Positions 7,034 to 14,562 of a DNA stretch of 16,150 nt are shown here, one piece after another. Position 1 is the stretch's first letter; each line of letters opens with the position of its first letter. The notes beneath the pieces were generated by a model, which was not told the DNA's origin, ran no database searches, and was given only the letters and a program-made list of their open reading frames with translations. Both the position numbers and the translations under genes were made by a program. The stretch comes from Candidatus Micrarchaeota archaeon (lineage in GTDB: Archaea; B1Sed10-29). The stretch covers positions 1 through 16,150 of the forward strand of contig CAYLXZ010000014.1 in the NCBI GenBank assembly GCA_964388265.1, written 5' to 3'.

Positions 7034-8252
7034 TCCTTATATTGAGAGGGATTTAGAGAAGAAGCTTGAGAAGTACCTGGATGATCCTGAAATACTTGCA
7101 GTGATAGGTCCCAGGCAGTCAGGGAAAACCACTTTACTCCAGCATATTCAATCTAACCTAGAGAAAGCTAATTTCACTACTTTTGAAGACATGAAGACCC
7201 TGGAGTTATTTGAAGAGGATATAGATGGTTTTATTGAGCAAAATGTAGAGGGTTACAACTATTTATTTATAGATGAAGTTCAGTACTCGGAGAAGGCGGG
7301 TAAGAACCTGAAGTATATTTATGATACTAAAGATATTAAGATTCTGGTAACTGGTTCTTCATCCACGGAGCTGTCTTTCAGGGGACTTAAACATCTTACT
7401 GGAAGGGTTTTGGTGTTCCATTTATATCCTCTGTCCTTCAGAGAGTACCTTAGATTCAAGGATAACCGTCTCTATAGTTCTATAGAGAAGAAGAAACCTT
7501 CAGAACCTATTATAAAGGAAATTTTACCTTACTTTAAGGACTTCGTTCTCTATGGAGGGTACCCGAGGATCGCTCTTGAGGATGATGACTCCAAGAAGGA
7601 GAAGATTCTGGAGGATATCTATAATATCTTCATGTTAAGGGAAATCCAGGAGACGCTGGGTATAAAGGATAGGGTGAAGTTATCTAAACTTCTGAGGACT
7701 CTGTCTCTGCAGATAGGTAACTTAGTTAACTATAATAAGCTCTCTGATGCCACGGGCTACACTTATAGTAAGCTGAAGAGTAAGTTGAATATACTGCAGG
7801 AGACATTCATTTGTAGCGAGGTGGATCCTTTCTATACAAATAAGAAAAAGGAGATTGTGAAGAACCCGAAGATCTTTTTCTTTGATAATGGTCTTCGGAA
7901 CTCCGTGATCGGGAACTTCTCCAAGGAAAGGTCGGATATGGGAGAGCTTTATGAGAACTTCGTGTTCACGGAGTTGGTTAAAGAAGGGTTTGAACCTCGT
8001 TTTTGGAGGTCTAAGGATAAGGCGGAGGTTGACTTCGTAATTGAGAGAGATGGTGAGGTTGTTCCTATTGAGGTTAAGAATACTCTGCATAAAGAGAGGT
8101 TGACTAAATCGTTCACCAGTTTCTTAAGGAGCTATGAACCGGAGAGAGGTTACTTTCTCTCTAAGGACCTCATGGGTGAAAAGGGCTTTAAGGATACGGA
8201 TGTAGAGTACTTCCCTGCATTCTATTTGCATTGGGTGCTTGATAGGTTTTAG
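7014..8252 (+). CDS. AAA+ ATPase, COG1373 type (AAA_14 + DUF4143) with C-terminal PD-(D/E)xK nuclease-like domain
   Basis: Walker A GPRQSGKTT, Walker B LFIDEVQ, VTGSS, LTGR, LYPLSFREY, YGGYP, KIFFFDNG, LYENFV and EVDFV...IEVK. Confidence 0.92.
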   Translation: MNNNRPDPYIERDLEKKLEKYLDDPEILAVIGPRQSGKTTLLQHIQSNLEKANFTTFEDMKTLELFEEDIDGFIEQNVEGYNYLFIDEVQYSEKAGKNLKYIYDTKDIKILVTGSSSTELSFRGLKHLTGRVLVFHLYPLSFREYLRFKDNRLYSSIEKKKPSEPIIKEILPYFKDFVLYGGYPRIALEDDDSKKEKILEDIYNIFMLREIQETLGIKDRVKLSKLLRTLSLQIGNLVNYNKLSDATGYTYSKLKSKLNILQETFICSEVDPFYTNKKKEIVKNPKIFFFDNGLRNSVIGNFSKERSDMGELYENFVFTELVKEGFEPRFWRSKDKAEVDFVIERDGEVVPIEVKNTLHKERLTKSFTSFLRSYEPERGYFLSKDLMGEKGFKDTDVEYFPAFYLHWVLDRF

Positions 8253-8281
8253 TGGTTTTTCTAGCAGAACCGATGCTTACT
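8252..8281 (+). repeat. Degenerate copy of the adhesin 3'-end motif
   Basis: GTGGTTTTTCTAGCAGAACCGATGCTTACT compared with GTGGTTTTTCAGCAGAAGTCAATGCTTACT (6384-6413) and CAGCAGAAGTCGATGCTTACT (9201-9221). Confidence 0.75.
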
Positions 8282-8334
8282 TTCTTTAGGTGTAAAAACC
8301 AGTGGTTTACTAACTGTAGTTAACAGAATGTTAA

Positions 8335-8380
8335 CTTTTGGCTGAGAAATCCTTGGGCTTCAGCCCGGGGAGGACGTCAC
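8335..8380 (+). mobile_element. 46-bp minimal IS200/IS605 derivative (PATE-like left-end/right-end hybrid)
   Basis: CTTTTGGCTGAGAAATCCTTGGGCTTCAGCC matches 6473-6503 with 1 mismatch. It is fused to CGGGGAGGACGTCAC, which matches 6921-6935 with 1 mismatch. Preceded by GTTAA. Confidence 0.82.
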
Positions 8381-8418
8381 GTGGAGATAGAAAATAGGTT
8401 TTTTTACCCCTGGTAATG

Positions 8419-8452
8419 CAAAGGTTTAAATAGAAGTATGAATAAATCATAC
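8419..8452 (+). promoter_or_regulatory. BRE/TATA promoter plus inverted-repeat operator of the AbrB-VapC operon
   Basis: CAAAGGTTTAAATA (8419-8432) followed by GTATGA-ATAAA-TCATAC (8436-8452). Confidence 0.7.
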
Positions 8453-8495
8453 CTAGAGTATAACTAGATGGTTAACCCCAAACAGCTTTCAGGGA

Positions 8496-8765
8496 GTGAT
8501 TTACTTGAAATTAAAGAGAAAAGTAGGGCAGAAGGGTCAGGTCGTCATCCCTAAGGACCTGCGTGAAGAAGAGAACATCAGACCAAACACAAAAGTCTAC
8601 TTCACGAAACGAGACCATGAGATAGTGATAAAGAAACCTAGGAAGAACTTATCTGACCTGTTCAAAGAGATGTCTGAAGAAGAGATGGAAAAGAAGCCTA
8701 AGTCCTCAGATGAATCCTATGAACAGGAAATGAAGGAAAGAGCGGAGAAAGCAGGGATTGAATGA
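8496..8765 (+). CDS. AbrB/MazE/SpoVT-family antitoxin (VapB-like)
   Basis: RKVGQKGQVVIPKDLREEENI swapped-hairpin motif. ATGA overlap with the PIN gene. Confidence 0.9.
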   Translation: MIYLKLKRKVGQKGQVVIPKDLREEENIRPNTKVYFTKRDHEIVIKKPRKNLSDLFKEMSEEEMEKKPKSSDESYEQEMKERAEKAGIE

Positions 8766-9175
8766 CCTACTTAGATGCGAATATCTTCGTTAAAGCGGAG
8801 AACCCTAAAGATGAGGATTATTCAGAGGCTCTGGAGATTCTGGAGCGGATTGAAGCCGGGGAAATAAGATGCTGTACCTCGGTATTAACCGTAGACGAAG
8901 TAGTGTACAATATAAGTAGAGTTAGAGGCAAGAGGAGAGCAAGGGAAACCTGGAGAATCTTAATAGAGGAACCTAACCTGGATTTAATTCCCTTAAGTGA
9001 ACTGGATATGGATTCCGCTAAAGAGTTCTACCCAGAGCTTGATCCCAGGGACTGTATCCATGCCCAGGCCTATATAAAATCTGGAACTGATTTCTTTGTA
9101 ACAGAGGATGAGGATTTTGATGAGATCCAGGTTATAAACAATGTTTCAGTTTCAGAGTTTTCCGAAGAGTTTTAG
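8762..9175 (+). CDS. vapC: PIN-domain VapC-family toxin
   Basis: Acidic catalytic motifs YLDANIF, TVDEV, DPRDCIH and TEDEDFD. Translationally coupled to the AbrB gene. Confidence 0.9.
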   Translation: MTYLDANIFVKAENPKDEDYSEALEILERIEAGEIRCCTSVLTVDEVVYNISRVRGKRRARETWRILIEEPNLDLIPLSELDMDSAKEFYPELDPRDCIHAQAYIKSGTDFFVTEDEDFDEIQVINNVSVSEFSEEF

Positions 9176-9199
9176 AGAGATAGATTTTTTAGCGTCCGC

Positions 9200-11572
9200 T
9201 CAGCAGAAGTCGATGCTTACTATTGGTGTTCCGTTTTGGGTGATGTTTTGTTTTTTGATTAGTACGCTTGTTCTTTTTGCGGTTTTTCCTTGTATGCATT
9301 GTCCTTGCCATGTTAGGTTTATGTTGGGGTAGCATAGTGCTATTTCTGCTGTTCCTGGTCCTCCTGTTGCTCCTTTGTATACGTTTGTGTATTCGCTTTC
9401 TTTTTTGAGCAGTATTCCGGTGTAGCTGTCTCGTATGTAGTTTGATTCTTCTGTGCATGTGGTTGAGATGTTTTCTTCTTGTTCTTCTCCTAGGGTTGTG
9501 TCTGTTTGGTAGAGTTCTTGTATCTCGGTGTCACTCAATGTTCTGCTGTGTATCTTGGTGTTGTCTATGGAGCCGTTTAGGTTGTATGTTCCGTCTTGTC
9601 TGGCTCCGATGTATCCGTTGGTTGTGGTGGTGATTGGTATCCATGCTTCTTCTGTTGTGAAGTTCCATGTTGGGCTTGTGGTTGTGTCTGTGCTGTCGTT
9701 TGCTGTGGCGTACCAGTTGTATGTGGTTTCTGGGTTTAGGTTTAGGTTGTTTGTTGTTGCTGTGGATCCGTTTTCTACGTTGTTTATTTTCTGGATTTGT
9801 GTTCCGTTGTTCCAGTAGAAGGTTATGTTCATTGTGTCTCCGTCTGGGTCTGTGGCGTTCACGCTTAGGTTTGTGGTTGTTGATACTGTTGTTGCTCCGT
9901 TGTTTGGGCTTGGGTCTGAGGGGGCGTTTGGCCCTTCGCCTCCTGTTGTTTCTTTTGTTCCAAGCACTGGATCTGTATCTGGCTGTGTCTCGTTGTACAG
10001 TTCCTCTATCTCGGTGGCTGATAAGCTACGGTTGTAGATGCGCACATCGTCGATGGAGCCGTTGAAGTATCTTTGATTGTCCGCTGCATCTGCCCCGATA
10101 TAATCACTTGTCTTACTTGGTGTGCCAATGGTGGATTTTGAAGTTGAATTAACCTGGACGCCATTTTTGTAAAGGAATATTTGGGTTCCGTTCCAGATCC
10201 CTACCCAATGATTCCACACATTATTCGAGACATCGGCTTGGATGTTTGTCCCATCATGGTGTAGTTGAAAAGCTCCGTCTCCCCAATCACCAAGTACTAT
10301 ATTATTGTTTGAATAGAGGGCGAAGATTTCATCTAAGTCTCCATCGGAAACCGAGTCATGCTTTGACCAAACAGAAAGAGAGTAACTAGAAAATTGGCTA
10401 AAGGAACCGATATCCACGTAGTCGTCAGAACCATCGAATTGGTATCCTTTGTTTACCTGTCCGTCTGTGAATCGAGCAGAGTCAAACGCCGTGGATCCAG
10501 AATCTTCGTTTAGTCGCCATTGTCCGACTAACCCGTCTCTTGGTCCCCACTCCGTGCCGTTACTGGAGTTATAGATTTCCTCGATTTCTGATTGGTTCAG
10601 GGCACGGTCGTAGATGCGGACATCGTCTATGGAACTATTAGAGAAGCTACTGTCGCCTCGGTCTGAGCCTATATACACAACGCCAGTGTCTGTAACTGTT
10701 TGGCTTCCGCTTACCCCTCCTGACTTGACTTCTGTTCCATTAACGTATATTTTTAGGGTAACAGGGTCTTGGTCATCTGCAGAGAAACAGAGATGTTTCC
10801 AGGTACCCTGCCAATTTGAAGGAACATCATACTGCAATCCATCGTCACTCCATTCAAAATTTATCTCACCAGCACTTCCATGGGGTTGTCCCCATCCAAA
10901 TCCAGTATTATGACTTCCATCTGGTCTAAATCTCATCTCTATACTGTTGTCTTCTGTGGTAGTATCGAAACTAGGATTAATCCAGGTGCAGAAGGCAAGC
11001 CCATTATCAGTATTATCCAGACTCATAGAAGAAGTTTCCACGTAGTCGTCAGAACCGTCGAAGTCGTATGCTTTGTCGATGATTCCGGTTATGTTTTGTG
11101 TTGCTCCGTTGTTGGTTCCGTCGTTTGCTCCGTTGTGTGTGCCGTTGTTTTGGTTGATTGGGTCCCATGTTTCTGTTTGTGGGTTGTTTTCGTCTAGTGT
11201 CCAGTGTGATACGAGTCCGTTTGGTTTCTGTGGGCAGCTTTTTCTGTTGTTCAGTGTGTCGTATAGGCATGCTTCGGTGGATCCGTTTTGCCCTACTACT
11301 GTGTCTGTGTCGTTGTTGTAGAATAGTGCGTTGGCGTCGGGTACTCCGTACAGCATTTCGTTGTCTGTGTTTCCGTCTATGTCGCTCGTTGTAGAAAGAT
11401 TCAAAGGCAGGGTCAACGAAGAGTTACTGCCGGTTATATCTCTAGTGTAGTTGTATTCTGTGCCACCAACACTATATGACAAGCCCGCTCCGGACAGTAG
11501 GATCACTGACATTAGGATCAGGGTTAGTGAAATGTGTTTTACCTTTTTTCTACTTGGTTTGTTTTTATCCAT
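9200..11572 (-). CDS. Secreted/surface adhesin: signal peptide, two LamG-like (concanavalin A) domains, FN3/Ig-like module, partial LamG and Cys-containing C-terminal tail
   Basis: Basic N-region plus hydrophobic core. Two copies of LV.(H/Q)W.L.E...FDGSDDYV...SIDDVRIY.R.L...EIEE(I/L)Y. Module PNAPSDPSP...DPDGD...TTYNWY...WNFTT. Many N-x-S/T sequons. AGGAGA RBS. Confidence 0.88.
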   Translation of the reverse strand: MDKNKPSRKKVKHISLTLILMSVILLSGAGLSYSVGGTEYNYTRDITGSNSSLTLPLNLSTTSDIDGNTDNEMLYGVPDANALFYNNDTDTVVGQNGSTEACLYDTLNNRKSCPQKPNGLVSHWTLDENNPQTETWDPINQNNGTHNGANDGTNNGATQNITGIIDKAYDFDGSDDYVETSSMSLDNTDNGLAFCTWINPSFDTTTEDNSIEMRFRPDGSHNTGFGWGQPHGSAGEINFEWSDDGLQYDVPSNWQGTWKHLCFSADDQDPVTLKIYVNGTEVKSGGVSGSQTVTDTGVVYIGSDRGDSSFSNSSIDDVRIYDRALNQSEIEEIYNSSNGTEWGPRDGLVGQWRLNEDSGSTAFDSARFTDGQVNKGYQFDGSDDYVDIGSFSQFSSYSLSVWSKHDSVSDGDLDEIFALYSNNNIVLGDWGDGAFQLHHDGTNIQADVSNNVWNHWVGIWNGTQIFLYKNGVQVNSTSKSTIGTPSKTSDYIGADAADNQRYFNGSIDDVRIYNRSLSATEIEELYNETQPDTDPVLGTKETTGGEGPNAPSDPSPNNGATTVSTTTNLSVNATDPDGDTMNITFYWNNGTQIQKINNVENGSTATTNNLNLNPETTYNWYATANDSTDTTTSPTWNFTTEEAWIPITTTTNGYIGARQDGTYNLNGSIDNTKIHSRTLSDTEIQELYQTDTTLGEEQEENISTTCTEESNYIRDSYTGILLKKESEYTNVYKGATGGPGTAEIALCYPNINLTWQGQCIQGKTAKRTSVLIKKQNITQNGTPIVSIDFC

Positions 11573-11589
11573 GTTTATGGTCTCCTATG

Positions 11590-12594
11590 TTATGGTGTGT
11601 TTATGTGGAGGGTTCCGTTTCCATCTCCATCATAGTTGTATGTGATATGGTTCCATGCTCCTTCGGTGACTGCGGTGGAGTTTGCTTTACCTAGGAAGCT
11701 GGATCCGTTGTGTATTGCTGCTCTTAGCTCTCCGGATTTAACCATCATGGCAAAGACGTTTTCTGAGTTTTTTGCTTCTCCTATTAGGTACTGGTCGGTT
11801 GACAGGCTCTCTATGTTGGCCCACGTGGAAACCGAGAATGATTCACCAGTATCTATGGTGTTGAATGTACCGACGTCCACGTAGTCATCCGATCCGTCAA
11901 AGCTATACGCGGTGTTTATCTGTCCCGATGCTCCTTGGGTTGCTCCGTTGACCGTGCCGTTGTTCCCGTTTATCGGGTCCCAAGCATCTCCGCTGGCTTC
12001 ATCCAGAGGCCAAAATGACACTAGGCCCGAAGGTGGGTTTGGACAGCTTTTTCTTTGGTTTTCCGTGTCTACTAGGCAAGTTTCTTCTGAACTGTCTGCT
12101 GCGAGGATGTCGCTATCATTGTTGTAGTAAATGTAGTCTGGTGTTGCATATAGGAATTCTTGCTCTCCGTTCCCGTCCACGTCAGTGGGGGAGGTTCCGT
12201 TTAGGGGTAGCACGAGGTTTGAGTTAGAGTTTTCTTCTTCTCTTCTGTAGTCGTAGTTAGTGAATAACCAGTCACTTGAAATTGACGGTATGTTTGGAAT
12301 GGCTTCAACTCCTTGTTGGAATGTGAATGTAATTAAATTTTTATCTTTATCGAGTCTAATGGTTCCGCTTTCCGTGTAGAGTTCGAGTGAGTTCAGGAAA
12401 CCTACTCCGCCATGAGCAGCTTGTCTGACTGCGTAGTCGAGGCTTCTCACTTGGTTGGATAGGCTTTTAGATTTAGCTGATTCTCCTAGTTTCTGCATGT
12501 GAGGGTAAGCCCACATATAGGCTGCAGAAGCGGTCATCATCACGATCGCTACAATCATCACATAGGATATAACAGGAGATACACCTTTCTTCAT
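11590..12594 (-). CDS. Type IV pilin-like protein (class III signal) fused to a C-terminally truncated LamG domain
   Basis: Start moved to MKKG|VSPVISYVMIVAIV, which has an AGGTGA RBS. LamG motifs LVSFWPLDE, FDGSDDYV, FSVSTW and WNHIT are present, but the ORF stops at GTLHINTP* before the IG...IDDVRIY half. Confidence 0.85.
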   Translation of the reverse strand: MKKGVSPVISYVMIVAIVMMTASAAYMWAYPHMQKLGESAKSKSLSNQVRSLDYAVRQAAHGGVGFLNSLELYTESGTIRLDKDKNLITFTFQQGVEAIPNIPSISSDWLFTNYDYRREEENSNSNLVLPLNGTSPTDVDGNGEQEFLYATPDYIYYNNDSDILAADSSEETCLVDTENQRKSCPNPPSGLVSFWPLDEASGDAWDPINGNNGTVNGATQGASGQINTAYSFDGSDDYVDVGTFNTIDTGESFSVSTWANIESLSTDQYLIGEAKNSENVFAMMVKSGELRAAIHNGSSFLGKANSTAVTEGAWNHITYNYDGDGNGTLHINTP

Positions 12595-12607
12595 TAAGTC
12601 ACCTATC

Positions 12608-12655
12608 AACCATAAATCCACACATACATATAAAAGTATCCCATTAACCATAAAT
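12608..12655. promoter_or_regulatory. Divergent promoter region: minus-strand TATA flanked by AACCATAAAT direct repeats
   Basis: TTTTATA on the minus strand (12629-12635), about 35 nt upstream of the pilin ATG. AACCATAAAT at 12608-12617 and 12646-12655. Confidence 0.5.
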
Positions 12656-12706
12656 AACCGATTCATTTATCTATACAAGAGCCTGTAAAGGAAGAGATTG
12701 ATCAGT

Positions 12707-13375
12707 ATGTTAGAGTCGATTGGAATAATTCCAGATGGGAATAGGAGATATGCGGATAAAAAAGACATCACGTACGAAGAAGCATATCAACAGGGATTTG
12801 AAAAAGGCGAAGAAGTATTTGAATGGTGCATACAGCACCCTACCATAAAGAAAGCAGTGGTGTATGCCTTAAGCACTGAGAACGTAGCTAGAAAATCCTC
12901 GGAGCTAGACACATTGTTCACTTTATATAAAGAGAACCTGGAGAAACTGGCGGAGGACCCACAGATACATAGAAACAATGTGAACGTAGAGTTAATCGGA
13001 AGACAGAAACATCTAGAGCCACTGGAAGAACAGGTGAATAAACTGGAGAAAGAGACAGGGAACTACGATAACTACGAGTTGAAGATAGCTCTAGGATACG
13101 GAGGAAGAGCAGAGATAATAGATGCAGCGCGAAAGATAACTAGGAAAGATGAGGAGTTGACTGAGGAGAACTTCAAGAAAGAACTCTATTCTTCATCCGA
13201 TCTTGACTTGGTTGTCAGGACGGGGAAGTACCAGAGGTTGAGTAACTTTCAGTTATGGCAATCCGCGTATGCAGAGCTGTACTTCTCAGATAAACTTTGG
13301 CCTGAGTTCGATAAACAAGAGTTCGACAGAGCCGTGGAGTTCTACGAGGATACAAAGAGAAAGTTCGGGAAATAG
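12707..13375 (+). CDS. uppS: cis-prenyltransferase (undecaprenyl/polyprenyl diphosphate synthase)
   Basis: IIPDGNRR, YALSTEN..R, LGYGGRAEI, DLVVRTG..RLSNF.LWQSAYAEL and WPEF. ATG 12707 preferred; TTG 12698 is possible. Confidence 0.95.
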   Translation: MLESIGIIPDGNRRYADKKDITYEEAYQQGFEKGEEVFEWCIQHPTIKKAVVYALSTENVARKSSELDTLFTLYKENLEKLAEDPQIHRNNVNVELIGRQKHLEPLEEQVNKLEKETGNYDNYELKIALGYGGRAEIIDAARKITRKDEELTEENFKKELYSSSDLDLVVRTGKYQRLSNFQLWQSAYAELYFSDKLWPEFDKQEFDRAVEFYEDTKRKFGK

Positions 13376-13386
13376 ATGGATTATAT

Positions 13387-13818
13387 TTAAGTTATTTCTT
13401 CTTTTATCTTTCCCATGAGTTTTTCCGCTTGTTTGATTGTTTTCTTTGCTTCGGATCTAGACACGGTTTCCGGTTCATCGTAGACAGTGGCATGTCTTCT
13501 TTTCCTTACCCTGTCAAATAGATTTATCGTAGATTGGTCAAAGGTTTCTTGGAAGCATTGTAGGAACTGTACGGTTGATAGATGTTTGTGCGGTCCTTTT
13601 GGCCTGTATCCTTTGCTGTACATGTAGGCTCTTGATGCTTGTAGCATTGCATTGTACGATGTGATTAGAACCCAGTCGTAGTCTTCATTCTTGAATAGGT
13701 CTTTCGTGGTTTCCAAATCTCTTTCAGCTATTTCAAGAGTTTTTAATGGTTTTCTTTCATTGGTTTTCAGCTTGCTTATCTTGTCTTGTTTCAAGAGTTT
13801 TTCTAAATTCATCTTCAT
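13387..13818 (-). CDS. HEPN-domain protein (COG1895-like)
   Basis: AERDL...SYNAMLQASRA...GYRP...H and RKRRHATVY. Overlaps the upstream MNT gene. Confidence 0.85.
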   Translation of the reverse strand: MKMNLEKLLKQDKISKLKTNERKPLKTLEIAERDLETTKDLFKNEDYDWVLITSYNAMLQASRAYMYSKGYRPKGPHKHLSTVQFLQCFQETFDQSTINLFDRVRKRRHATVYDEPETVSRSEAKKTIKQAEKLMGKIKEEIT

Positions 13819-14377
13819 CCCCTTTGAGCATTATTATTTCTTGTTTAGCGATTTCCCTTAGTAGCGTTATCTTTTTCTTTGCTTTTTCTTTGAATTCGCT
13901 CTCCGTCCACAGTATGTAGTTTATTTCCCTTCCTGTTTCTTCTTCAAGTTCCATTATGGTTCTGTGTAGTTCTTTCTCAGGTGTTTTACCTATGAGGAGG
14001 AGGTCTATGTCACTCGCTTTCTCCTCTTTTCCTTTTGCGAAGCTTCCGTATATCAAGGCGTATTTTATCCTGTTATAGTTCTTTAGTTTCTTTTTCAGTG
14101 TCTTCCCAGTTCTCTGTGTTTTTATGTAGATTTTTCTAAGGTCGTTGTATATTGGTGATTCTTTGTTGACGCTGTATAGTGTTAGGTTTCCCTTCTTTTT
14201 CTTCTTTACTAACTTTGCTTCTTTAAGTTTAGTTAATTCTTTTTTTGCGTGGGATGGATTGGTGTTGGTTTTTCTGGATATCTCTCTTAGGTGGTACTCT
14301 TTCTCTGGGTTGAATAGTAGTTTTTCCAGGAGTTTTGCTCTTGTTTTGGAGGTGAATAGTTTCTCGATCATAAACAT
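13757..14377 (-). CDS. wHTH (ArsR-like) plus minimal nucleotidyltransferase, partner of the HEPN protein
   Basis: LFTSKTRAKLL...YHLREISR...KELTKLKEAKLV wHTH and YGSFAKG...SDIDLLLIG MNT motif. Start is ATG 14377 or 14371; the longer ORF-track start runs through the promoter. Confidence 0.9.
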   Translation of the reverse strand: MFMIEKLFTSKTRAKLLEKLLFNPEKEYHLREISRKTNTNPSHAKKELTKLKEAKLVKKKKKGNLTLYSVNKESPIYNDLRKIYIKTQRTGKTLKKKLKNYNRIKYALIYGSFAKGKEEKASDIDLLLIGKTPEKELHRTIMELEEETGREINYILWTESEFKEKAKKKITLLREIAKQEIIMLKGDEDEFRKTLETRQDKQAENQ

Positions 14378-14438
14378 CAACTGTATAATTTTTCCATACA
14401 ACTGTATAATTTTTGTGTACAAAGTATATAAGCCTTTC
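14378..14438 (-). promoter_or_regulatory. BRE/TATA promoter and tandem 21-bp operator repeats of the MNT-HEPN operon
   Basis: Minus-strand GAAAGG-CTTATATA (14425-14438). Plus-strand CAACTGTATAATTTTTccaTA and CAACTGTATAATTTTTgtgTA (14378-14419). Confidence 0.75.
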
Positions 14439-14562
14439 ACTTTTAACGATTATTTCAATCGCTCTGACTACAAAAATTAAAATTATTTATGTTTGAGCCT
14501 TTGTCTTGTGATTTCTTCGAATCCTTGGCAGATCACAGGTTCTTTTGTTTGAATCTTCGAGT

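Noticed and set aside
6392..9259. Diversity-generating retroelement TR/VR pair (gene 3' end plus nearby copy)
   Set aside because: Mismatches are not adenine-specific (ATC/ATT, ACC/AGC), the match is only about 60 bp, and no reverse transcriptase is in the window.
11572..11592. Stop-codon readthrough joining the two LamG ORFs
   Set aside because: The ORFs are in different frames, and the second has its own RBS and signal peptide.
12595..12666. ORF-track N-terminal extension of the pilin-LamG gene
   Set aside because: It covers the TATA box and RBS. The class III signal begins at ATG 12594.
14378..14440. ORF-track N-terminal extension of the MNT gene (repeated KIIQL)
   Set aside because: It is the translation of the promoter and the 21-bp tandem operator.
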